Positions 1-11,519 of a DNA stretch of 61,238 nt are shown here, piece by piece. Origin of the DNA: Rhynchobatus australiae (taxonomy: Eukaryota); the NCBI GenBank assembly GCA_034780895.1, contig JAUZTB010000070.1:16112482-16173719 (forward strand), given 5' to 3'. Positions within the stretch are counted from its first letter, which is position 1. Each line of letters starts with the position of its first letter. Below the pieces are notes generated by a model, which was not told where the DNA came from, did not search any database, and worked only from the letters and a program-made list of their open reading frames with translations. The position numbers and the translations under genes were made by a program.

Positions 1-189
1 TCCACAGCAAATGAAAATAAAAAAGAATGTAGGTCCTGGAAAGCTGAAAGAGAAGCTGGGACATGGACTTGAAATGTTAACTGTTTCTATTTCCACAGAT
101 ACTGTCTGATCTGTTTTTTCAGCATTTTCCGTTTTATTTCAGGTACTCAGAGACCTGAAATATGGATTGTGAGAAAATTACTGTAATTA

Positions 190-1920
190 AACAAAGACAG
201 AATAACCTAGGATGTCATTAAGATTAGGAGTAGTCCTTTCAATCCCTCGCCTCTGCTCTATCACTCAATAAGATCATGGCTGAATATGGGCTCAGTACAG
301 AAAAGCAGTTCTAAGGATGTTTTACCTTAGAACTGCTTTTCTGCATTGAGCCCATATTCAAAGAATCAAGAGATATTTAGGGAATCAGCCTCCACAATCC
401 TTTCGGGTTAAAAATTACAAAGACTCATTACACTCTGAATGAAGAAATTTCTTCTTACCTCAGTCCTGAGATTGTGACCTGTGATTCTAGACACTCCAAA
501 CCAGGGAAATATCATCTCTGCCATCTACCCTGTAATACCCCATAAATTTTTTACATGTTTCAATTGGATCACCAGTCATTCTTCTAACTGCTTAATCTCT
601 CCTTGTACAACTCACCATTTTTTCCCTACCAAATGGATATCCTCACATTTTGCAACTAATATTCTATTTGCATGTTTTCACCTATTCAATTGGCCATTAT
701 ACTTCCTTAACCCCCTCTGCACTTCCTCACAACTCACACTGGGACCCAGCTTTGTATCATCAGCAAATAGGAATTGACCAAAATGAATAAGAATGCATTT
801 ACCAAGCTTAAACCATGTCAGAATAATCAAATTACTAGCCTGATGAATATACAGATACTGTCTACATAGCATTCAGAAAGTTTTTGATGAAGTCTCACAT
901 AGATTGCCAGCAGAAATACAAGAGTGCAGTCTTAGGTATAACTGTATCCTGAGTAAGTAATGGTTTATGAGATAGAAGATAGAGAGCAAGGACAAATGGA
1001 CCAATGCCTGTTTGGCAGGATCTACCAGGTGTTTTTTTCCCCCAAGGATTTCTAGCTTCCCATTTTCATTATTTATATCCATGATTTGAATTAAAGAATA
1101 GGGAGTTATATATCATGTCATCCACATTTGCAATGACACTAAGTTGGGAGGCACAGTAAGTTGTGTACATGTTAGAAAAAAGTTACAAAGAGACAAACTT
1201 ATTAGGTGGACAAAATGTGGGGAATTGTGAGGTTCATCCACTTTGTCATAGAGTTATTGGGTGACAACACTTGGAAACAGGATCTTCAGCCCACCAAATC
1301 CATAGTGACCATCAAACTTTGGATCTGACAAAGATAAACAGATATTTTTCTAAAGGTAACAGACCAGAAAATGTGGAGGAAGAGAGATATTTGGGTGTCT
1401 GCTTACATGGATTACTAAAATATAGTAGCTTGGTAAAAATGTGGACAGAACAGCTAATGAAACTGCAGTCTATAAGGTGATTGGAATGCAGAGATGAACC
1501 CTCAGTTACACAGAACTTTCACTGATTCCAACTAGAGATAATGCAATCAAGTCTGGGCATCACATATCAGGAAGGAAATGTTGGTCTATTCCTTTGAGCT
1601 TAGAAAACTGAAGTTTAATTAAGGTGTTTAAATTGGTAAAGGGAGTCAATAGAGCAGTTATATAACTACTCCCTTTGGAGGGATAATCCAGAATAAGAAC
1701 ACATAACAAATTAGAGCTAGTCTGCTCAAAAATGTAAATAGGAAGCAATTTTCAAATAAAAAGGAGTGAAAATCTAGAAATCTCTCTTCTCCCTAATGAG
1801 TGCCAAATGAAAATTCCAAGATTGAGACCTATTTCAGTTCAGGATAGCTGTGGATATAGAATAAAGACAGGTAGATGGATTTGTGGGAAGATCAGCCGTG
1901 ATGAGATTGAGGTTTAATTA
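190..1920. mobile_element. Decayed CR1-type LINE fragments in both orientations
   Basis: Minus-strand ORF 678-872 contains LFADDTKLG; CR1-like 3' segments on both strands. Confidence 0.7.
281..360. repeat. 80-nt near-perfect inverted repeat (36-bp arms, 8-nt loop)
   Basis: 281-316 is the reverse complement of 325-360 with 2 mismatches. Confidence 0.95.
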
Positions 1921-2956
1921 CCTCCCCCCGTTTCTATGGAATTCCCCCTCTCTTATAAAATTCCAAACTAGTAAATGTCCCCTTCCACCAGTTACTATAG
2001 CTGTGGTAAATGCCTCTCCAGTTGAACTCCATTGAATAGTAGATGTTGGGTGTCCCCCCTTCTTCATCAGGATGGCACAGCAGTCAATGTATGTATAAGA
2101 TAAGCAGTGACAAAACCCTTCATGCCTTTTCTGGTTGCACATCAACTTTTAATGTTGCTTATGGTTTTAACTTCCACTATATACTCCATGTCTCATATTT
2201 GTTTATTGAGAAAATTACATTTCTAACCTATTGAATATTTTCAACACTGAAATCTATAGGCCTAGAACATAAAATAAAACCAAAGTAGACAATATTGCTC
2301 CTGATCCAATATTCCATACGATCACAGAGGTCTTCTATTTCAACTCCACCTTCCTGCCCAATTCCATATCCCTAGATTCTCTTGGGAATGAAAATTCTTA
2401 TCAATATTAGTCTTGAATTTATTCAAACATTAAGCATCCACAACCATCTGGGGTAGTGGATTCCGAATATGTACAACCCTCTGAAAAATAACATTTTCTC
2501 TTCTTTGTCCTAAATTGTTTACTTCTTAACTTGAGCCTGTGCCCTCTCAGGACACTCCAGCCTAAAGAAACAGCCTCTCAGCATCTACTGTGTCTGTCTC
2601 TCCCAGAATCATGTTTGTTTCATTGAGCTCTCTTTTCAAATTTCACAAGTGTAGGCCATCCTAATCAATGTCTCCTCCCAGTCCTTGTACCAAGTATCAA
2701 AATAATGAATGTATGCTGCTCTTCCTCCAAAGCAGGTATATCCTTCCTGAGGTACAGAGACCAAAACTACATACAGTACTTCAGGTGTAGTCTCACCAAG
2801 GCCTAGTATTGTTGCTTTAAGATCATCATTGAGCACCTTCTCCTTCAACTCCACTCACTATCTCCAGATCAAATGTGTACCTATAGAAACTCATGAAGGT
2901 CCAAGCTGTATCTATGGGCTGTGTGGACTATTGTTCACTCCTACTTGGGCCTCCTT

Positions 2957-3095
2957 AGAGCTCTGATGAAGGGTCTTTGACCTGAAAGGTTAACCGTTTT
3001 CTTTCTATAGATGCTGTCTGACCTGCTCTGTGTTTCCAGCATTTTCTGTGTTTTTTGTCAGATTTTCAGCGTCTGCAGTTATTTGATTTTCAATT
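2957..3095 (+). mobile_element. Short Penelope-type terminal repeat with degenerate hammerhead motif
   Basis: CTGATGA-A-GGGTC-TTT-GACCT-GAAA followed by the same gatgctg..tgacctgct..ccagcattttctg tail seen on the GIY-YIG-bearing copy at 48655-49430. Confidence 0.7.
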
Positions 3096-3364
3096 AATCA
3101 TTGAGCAATTTTCTTTACTACTATGTAGTAAAATTGATTGATGAGTGTGATTTTAAACTTGTAGTGCACAATGAAACTTTGGATCATGAGACTCAAGTGT
3201 GCAACATCCCTGCACATGAAAGAGACAGGGAATGACGTGAGTCATTGTGCAAAGCATGGTTCATTCTTCTATTGCCACTTTGGATCATATATTCACTACA
3301 AAGAAGACAGGTCCAAACAGAAAGAAGTAGAACCAATGGAACATGCATTAAATTTACCTTAGGT

Positions 3365-3648
3365 TTCTGGGTGGGGAGTTCAGAGGAGATGTCAGAGGGA
3401 GGTTTTTCACCCAGAGAGTGGTTGGTGCATGGAATGCACTGCCTGGAGTGGTGGTGGAGGCAGATACGTTGGACAGGTTCAAGAGATTGTTGGATATGCA
3501 TATGGAGGAATGTGGGATAGAGGGATATGCAGAAGGAAAGGGTTAGATAGGAAAAGGTTAGATGGCATGAGGTGTTGTTTGATGGGTGGCACAACATGGT
3601 GGGCCGAAGGGCCTGTATTGTGCTGTATTGTTCTATGGTTCTATGGTT
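3365..3648 (+). mobile_element. CR1 (HER1-like) LINE 3' end, 5'-truncated
   Basis: Tail gggccgaagggcctgtattgtgctgta..(ttctatgg)n; near-identical tail at ~30922-30974. Confidence 0.75.
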
Positions 3649-4939
3649 TGGCTGAAGTATCCGTTACAGAAGACACCAATGGGAGCAGCCCAGATGAAAT
3701 AATGGACTAGATCTAGATTTCCATTTGCTATTCAGGTGAGACCCAGTGACCGCCCACTGCTCAAACTGCAGGCTCAGCAGCAGTGTCAGTGTGCCTGCTC
3801 TCAGGTCTGCCCTGACAAACTTCACATCATTACTTCCAGCAGGGATCTCAGGTGACAAGCAGCACTTTAAGAACTCCAGCTCTGGCAAGAAATCGCACCA
3901 TTTCACCCATGCTCACACTGACACAGGGATTACACATATTTAATGTGCATAATTGTGTATTATGAATCACTCTGATTGCATGTACAAATGCCTTGCACAA
4001 CTTGCATAACTGAAAATGTCTTCCCCTGTGGCACAAGAACTAACTGATATGTATCACCTCACAGAAGTATTTTATGACAGGTTTGCAGGTATACCAGAAT
4101 TTTTAGGCCATAAACTTTATGGATTCAAATGATGGTGGAACTGTAGTAGTTAGTGATGATATCCCTTAAGAAAAAGAAGCAGGAGTAGACTATTTTGTCA
4201 CTTGCACCTTCTTTGCCATTTGATAATATCATGGCTGATTTTTTTTTTAACCCCAGCTCCACTTTCCTGCAGCAATCCCTTGATTCCATTAATATCCAAA
4301 AATCACTCCATCTCCGCCTTAGGGATACACAGCAAATGAGCCTCTACATCCCTCTTGGATAGAGAATTCTAAAGCTTCACTACCTCTGGGTGAAGACATT
4401 TCTTCTCATCTGTGTCCTGAATGGTTGATCCCTTACTNNNNNNNNNNNNNNNNNNNNNNNNNNNNNNNNNNNNNNNNNNNNNNNNNNNNNNNNNNNNNNN
4501 NNNNNNNNNNNNNNNNNNNNNNNNNNNNNNNNNNNNNTTTGTTCTCATTTTTGTCCTTAATGGTTGTTCCCTTACTTTTTGATTGTGACCCCCCCCCCCC
4601 CCCCCCGATTCTAGAGATACTAACCAGGGAAAACATCCTGTCAAGCCCCAAAAGAAATTTGTACATTTCCATGATATTGTTTCCCACTTTTCTACGCTCA
4701 GGAGGCAAGATTGATCAATCACTTCTTGTAAAATAACCGCCCTCCCCCATCTGACAAAGGGTAGGGCTGAGTGGCCTCCGGTCGATCCTGTTTCCAACAT
4801 TCTTGTCTCTTGCCTTTCACAGCCGCAAATGACTAAAGCACTTAACAGCCAGTGAAGTTCTTGTTTGATGTATAGTGACTACGTAACATAGGAAATGCTG
4901 CAGCTAATTTGTCCTCAACAGTGTGATAATGCTTAAGGG

Positions 4940-5260
4940 AATAGTAATGCAGTGTTTACATTATTGGACCAGTAATCCAGAAGCCTGGGTTAATGATGTA
5001 GAGACATGAGTTTGAATCCTACCACAGCAGCTGGGGAATTTAAATTCAGTTAATTAAATAAATCTGGAATAAAGCTGGTATCAGTGTTGGTGACCACTAA
5101 GTCACAGGATTGCTGTAAAATCCTATCTGATGTCCTTTCAAGAAGGCAAACTGCTGTCCTCACCTGGTCTGGCATCCATCTCTCTCCTGACCCACAGCAA
5201 TATGGTTGTCTTCTCTTGCTCTCTGAAGTGGTTTAGCAAGCTTATCACCTGTATCAAATT
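4940..5260 (+). mobile_element. LF-SINE-related tRNA-derived SINE
   Basis: tRNA-like head, then ggtgacc..ggattgctgtaaaa..gtcctt..gaagg..ctgctgtcct..cctggtctggc..cccacagcaa..ctctgaagtgg..tagcaagc; matches the LF-SINE core as I recall it. Confidence 0.6.
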
Positions 5261-5378
5261 TCTAGCACAAATCAGAGTAATACTGATTGACCAACCAGCA
5301 TTGACCTCAGTCCAAGATTCAAATATAGCAAAAGTGCACCAAACCCACTTTGATGCTGCAAACTCCTCCTCAGGAGCA

Positions 5379-5661
5379 GGCACAGTAATGTAGCGGTTAG
5401 CATGACACTATTACAGTGCCAGTGACCCAGGTTCAATTCCCGCCACTGTCTGTTTGTACGTTCTCCCTGTGTCTGTGTGGGTTTCCTTGGGGTGCTCCAG
5501 TTTCCTCCCACATTCCAAAGACGTACAAGTTAGGAAGTTGTGGGCATGCTCTGTTGGCGCTGGAAGTGTGGCGACACTTGCGGGGTGCCCCCAGAACACT
5601 CTACACAAAAGATGCATTTCACTGTGTGTTTCAACTTACATGTGACTAATAAAGATATCTT
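5379..5661 (+). mobile_element. tRNA-derived V-SINE, full length
   Basis: A/B-box-like head (ggttcaattccc), V-domain gtgggtttcc..gggtgctccagtttcctcccaca, tail catgtgactaataaag; sister copies at 8806-9072 (-) and 33668-33961 (+). Confidence 0.85.
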
Positions 5662-7369
5662 ATGGCCATCTGGAGATATGTCAAAATTTAGAGAGTTGTC
5701 CCACAAACTAGGGTTGCAAGGATCTGATGTAGTTCTACTCACAGAATCCTGTTTCAATATCACAGACCATGGTTATGTCCTGCTGGAGTCCATGATATTG
5801 TGGTTATACAGTAAGGTCTAGTAGCCATCAGTGTTAACTGCACTCCCCAATGTCTTATGGAATCAAATCAAACAAGTATCAGGAAATTTGTTGCTCACCA
5901 CCTACTGCCTTCCTTTTGTTGATAAATCAGTATTCCTCCATTCTGAATGTCATTTGGAAAAACACTAATAGAATATACTGAAGTGTTTATCACTGAGAAA
6001 GGCTGAGTGGAACTACTTGAGTCCTAAGAGATAAGGCTGTGAGAATGGGTCACGTGATGAGAGAATCAGCATGAGAAATATACCGAATCAACTTTGTCCT
6101 CAACAATCTACCTGTTGCAAAAGCATTTATCTATGACAGCACTGGTAGGAGTGACAGACAAGTCCAGCCTTCACAGTAAGAGCATTTCCATCAAGCTGTG
6201 AGGCATTACCATCAGTGGAAATGAAAAAAACACAAGACAAATTCTGCAAGACAAAACTGGGCATCCATGAAGCACTGTGAACCATTAGCAGCAGCAAATT
6301 GTATCCCGTAACNNNNNNNNNNNNNNNNNNNNNNNNNNNNNNNNNNNNNNNNNNNNNNNNNNNNNNNNNNNNNNNNNNNNNNNNNNNNNNNNNNNNNNNN
6401 NNNAGTAACAGTGTTCCTAAATTGAACTGCAAATCTAGTGAAGCTAACACACAAAGCTACTTAGTGGAAGCAGTGAAAACAACATGCAACGCACAGATCT
6501 AAGCAACCCCACCCCAACAAACAGATAAAATACAATCTCTGCAATCTGCCAGGTTCTGTCATCAATGGTAGTGGACCAACTAAAAGGTTAACGAGAGGGG
6601 AACAACCAAGAACATTCCCATTCTCAATGATAACGGAGTCCAACACATAAGTGCCAAAAACAAGGTTGAAGCTTTTGGCACTGTCTTCAGCCTGAAATGC
6701 TGAGTGCATGATTCATCCTTCAGAGACCTTCACCATCACAGAAATTAATCTTAAACCAGTTTGATTCACTTCACATGACTTCAAGAAACAGTTGAGAGCA
6801 CCAGATACAGCAAAGTAGCAGGACTTGACAACAGTAGCAAAGACATACTTGAGAGCTGGCTGCACCTCTAAATAAAATCTTGCATACAACAACAACTCTG
6901 ACATCTGCCTAACAACGTAGAAAACTCCATGGGTATATACTGTCCATAAACAGCAGGATAAAACCTAGCTGACTAATTACTCAGCTCACTGTCAATCATC
7001 AGCAAAATGTTGAAGGGAATGTCATTAATGAAACAACTCAAGATGGTTGGGCCTAGCTCTGAGGAACTTCAAGAGCTCCAGGAGCACAGACAATTACACT
7101 CCAACAAACAAACCATCCTTCTTTCTGCTGGGCATGACTCCAGCCAGTGGGAAACTCTTTCCTTGACTTCCATTGATGTCAATTGTACTAAGACTCCGTG
7201 ATGCCACAGCCTAATGTGAGACTGATGACGAAGCCTGTTACTCTTACAACCTCTGGAATTTTTGCATTTTTGTCCAAGTTTGCACCAAAGTTTTACTGAG
7301 TCCTGGCAGAACCCAAATTAAGCATCCAGATTATTGGTGAATGCTATTCCTCAGCATCATTCCCTTCAT

Positions 7370-7935
7370 CAAATGTAAGATACCACATAAAAGGTTACTG
7401 CACAAGGTAAAAGCTTTTGATATTGGGTAATTTATTGGTATGGATAGAACATTGGCTAACTAACACAAGATAGGATCAGGATCAATGGGTAATTTTCAGG
7501 TTGGCAAGTTGTAACTAATGAGGCGACACAGGAATCAGTGCTGGGGCCTCAGCTATTAACAATGAAGAAAACAAGTGTATTGTAGCCATATTTACTAAAA
7601 GTACAAAGATTGGTGGAAAAGCAAGTTATGAGGAGGGCCAAAGCATCACTAAAGGGATATAGATAGGTTATGTGAAAGAGCAAAATGTAGCAGATGGAGC
7701 CTTGTGTGCGGAAAAGTGAGCTTATCACTTTGGTAGGAAGAATAGAAAGGTGGAATATTAATGAAAGGAGAGACTGCAGAATGCTTGCGCTACAGAGGGA
7801 TAGGGATGTCATGTATACATGAAACACAGAAAGTTAGCTTGCAGTTACAGCAGGTGATTAGGAAGGTGAATGGAAAGTTGGTCTTTTGGGAAGGGGGATA
7901 GAGAATAAGTATGAAGTCTTTCTGCAGCTGTCTAG
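7370..7935 (+). mobile_element. Decayed CR1 reverse transcriptase fragment
   Basis: Degenerate WIEHWL and QESVLGPQL region typical of CR1 ORF2. Confidence 0.65.
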
Positions 7936-8183
7936 AGACAGCAGATACTGGAATCTGGAGCAACACACAAGACAGAGGAACTCAGTGGGTCAATTGAGTG
8001 GCCTTGTCCTGTTCCTATTCTGGGCTTTCTCCTGTTTTATGATATATTTCCAAGTCTCGCTGATACATCACTTAAAGGGGAACCTGTGGTAGTGTATGGG
8101 CAGGCACAGTAGTGTAGTGGTTAGTGTAACACTATTACAGTGCCAGCGACCCAGGTTCAATTCTGGTTACTGTCTGTAGGGAG

Positions 8184-8261
8184 AATAAAACCTATTTTAT
8201 TAATAACTACTTAAGTTATGAACTAGGTTACTATTTGTGAATGTCCCTTTAAGATAGAGCA

Positions 8262-8327
<66 letters not shown>

Positions 8328-8480
8328 CGTAGTTACAACAACAGAAGATAAAGGACGTAATGATGTTTTTTTAACAGTCAGTCTGAAGAAGAGAGAGAGA
8401 GAGACACCAGCCTGATAGTCTCTATTGATGGATTAAAAACAGTAACTGTGTCTGTCACTACAATCCATACATGGATTTTG
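8184..8480 (+). mobile_element. Rearranged fragment of the same LTR family as 44214-44720, containing a (TG)n microsatellite at ~8263-8326
   Basis: actaggttac..cctttaagatagag..(tg)n..caacagaagataaag..gtcagtctgaag..(ga)n..accagcctg..ctctat..gatgg aligns with the intronic LTR. Confidence 0.8.
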
Positions 8481-8805
8481 TCACATGTGTTACATGTGGC
8501 CTTGTCCTGTTCCTGTTCCATAAAAGGTTTCACTGACACTACTCAATGTTGAATTCTATGTGCAACTTTTCAGATAATGAGGCAGTTCATGAATACACAA
8601 AGACCTTGACAACATTCAGGCATAACAAATAGCAAAGAATATTGAAGCCACACCTCCTTCCATCATTGGTGCAATGCACTTGGAATGTGTGCCATCTACA
8701 AATTGTAGGCAGCAGTTCATCCAGGCTCCTTCCAAGCACCTCCCAGACTTGCAGCCTCTGAAAGAGTAAGTGCAACAGACATGTGGGAGTGCCATTAATT
8801 TTTTT

Positions 8806-9072
8806 ATAAGACAAGATTTCTTTATTAGTCACATGTACATCAAAACACACAGTGAAATGCATCTTTTGCGTAGAGTGTTCTGGCACCAATGTAGCATGCC
8901 CATAACTTCCTAATCTGTATGTCTCTGGAATGTGGGAGGAAACTGGAGCACCCGGAGGAAACCCACGCGGACACGGGGAGAAACGTACAAACTCCCTACA
9001 GATAGTGACCAGAATTGAACCTGGGTTGCTGGCACTGTAATAGCATTACACTAACCACTGCACTACTGTGCC
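8806..9072 (-). mobile_element. V-SINE copy with internal deletion
   Basis: Reverse complement of the 5379-5661 family. Confidence 0.85.
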
Positions 9073-10845
9073 TGCCCATACACTACCACAGGTTCCCCTT
9101 TAAGTGATGTATCAGTGTGACATGGAAATATATCGGCATACCTTTATCATTCAAGGGTCCACATTGTTCTTAACAGCATTGTTGCTCAACAGAAACACTA
9201 CAGTTGTTCAAAAAGGTGGCTCATTATCATCTCTGGCAATTAGGAATGGACTAAATGCTGGTTTTACCAGTGATGCTATAAATAATATAAAAAAACACTC
9301 ACCTGTTCTGCTACACACTTGCTCACAAATACTGACACACAATTTATTTTAAGATAATTGGCAGAAGATTCAGAGGGAAGATGAGAATTTTTTTCAAGCT
9401 GTGAAATGTTGTGTTCTGGAAATGAAAGCAGGTTTAACAGTAACTTGGAAAAGGGATTAGATAAATAGTTGAAGGAGAGAAATTTATAGAGCTGTGAGGA
9501 AAGAGCTTGGCGAAATGAAACCTAATGCTTACTTCTTTCAAAGAGTGGCTTGTATTGGCTGATTCTATGTATACACTGTCATTGAGACAACAGTGGTGTA
9601 GTGTTGTCTGAAAAAATGTCGAATATTGCAGATGTTTGAAATTTGGAATTAAAGCACAAAATGCCAGAAATACTGGCTAAATCGCTGGGGATGGATAGAA
9701 TATATCACAGGCTTTTAAAGAAGCAAGGTAGGTAACAGCACAGGTCCCAATTATCATTTTCCTATTTTATTGAGCTGCAGGTTAGTGCTGGAGTTTGAAA
9801 GATGACTTATGAGGTACTGTTGATTAGAAAGAAAGGGCTAGATGAAGTATCAGCAGGCTAGTGAGCCTAATGTCAATGCTGGGCAATTTGTTGGAATTTT
9901 CTTTCTGAATGATGTGTTCANNNNNNNNNNCTTAATCAAAAACAGCTGCATAGATTTGCTGAGTCTGACTAACAGTTCTGAGGAGACATTAAGGAGTTCA
10001 ATGAGCTCTCACATTTGATGCAGTACCTGGATTTTAACATGACTGATTGATTAAAAGAAAGGTTTTACTTTCCAGGATCCAGGAGATAGTGCTAAGTTGG
10101 ATCCAAAACTGCTCAGTGAAAGAAAGTAAAAGGTAACAGTCAACAGGAGTTTTAGTGACCAGAGTTCTACAGAGCTCTGTACCAGGTCTCTTGCTTTTTC
10201 TAGTACATATTCATCATTTGTAAGTAAGTGTACCAATACTAAAATTGGCAATGTGGTTGATAGAAACAACTTTCCTGGATGGCAGGAAGACATCAGTGGA
10301 CAGGTTCAGGGGGTAGAAAAATGGTAAATGGAATTCAATCCAGAGAAGTGTGAGGGAAATATACTTGGGGAGGGCACATGATATCCAGTGGGGTACTAAG
10401 CAGTGGAACAGAGAGCTATTGGAATATAATCTAAATATCCTCAGGTCTTTTAAGTAACAGGATGGTAGATAGGCTGGTTAAGAAGGTACACAAGATACTT
10501 GCCTTTATTGGTTGTGGTATCAAAACATAAGAGGTGTGAGGCTATGCCAGAACTGTTTTTAAAGAAACTCTAATTACTCCACATATAGAGGGCTGTGTAT
10601 TCTTCTGTCACCATACTACAGGAATGATATGATAGCACCAGACCAGGTGCAGAGATGATTTATGAGGATGTTGTCAGGACTGAAAAAAAATTAGTTATGA
10701 GAGACTGTCTAGACTGGGGTTATTTTCTTTGGAAATTTAATTGAGTTAATAGTTAATTGAAGTGATTATTGTTATGAAAGGCCTAGTTCGGATGACAAGG
10801 AACAATTTCCCTTGGCAGAGAGGTCAGTAATAATGATCAGGTGTG

Positions 10846-10949
10846 TGATTGTGAGCAGATGTGTTGAATTTAGCTGAAGAGTGATAATGGGCAGATGTGT
10901 TGGATTGAGTTGAAACATGATTGTGTACAGATGTGTTGGAGTGGGTATG
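10846..10949. repeat. 36-bp degenerate tandem repeat, about 3 copies
   Basis: Units start at 10846, 10882 and 10918 with the shared core cagatgtgttg. Confidence 0.8.
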
Positions 10950-11519
10950 TATGACCTCTGCACTACCAAGTCCAAGAGCCAAGATGATAGTCTATCTGGT
11001 GCAGAAATGGTGAATTTTTCCAGAACAAAATTTGACTTTCAGGCCCCATTCCCCTGCCACCCATTCTTACTCGAAGATTAATCTTTGGAGTGTTCCTAAC
11101 TCATTTAATCCCCAAACAGGGGCTTCAAGCACATGTGCATTTTTTTTTTAGAAAGTCAGTAAAATTAAAACAAAAAAAAATTCAATAAAAAAAATAAAAT
11201 CCTCCAGCAGCCTGTTCTTTTTTGCCGCAGATCCCATCATCTGGAGTCTCTTCTGTCTCTGTGTGCAAGTATTAATTCTGAATATAATGTTTGTGAAAAG
11301 TAAGGAGAGTTGAATTTTGCAAAGTTTAAAATACTGCTGGTGCCTTCCCAGCTTGTGCAAACAACCATTATTATAACTAGCAGATGGCGTGGATAAGACC
11401 TAAACTGTTCAATGTTTAACCAGCAGGTGGTAGTGCTGCTCCTTTCAAAGAACAGCTGTCCTTTCTGCTACTGTTGTCTGCAGTCTCACCTGGGACAGGA
11501 GAATGTGGCTGGAGGATGA

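Noticed and set aside
5379-5450. tRNA gene-like sequence (also at 8103, 9000-9072 and 33668)
   Set aside because: These are SINE heads continuing into the V-domain; no complete cloverleaf
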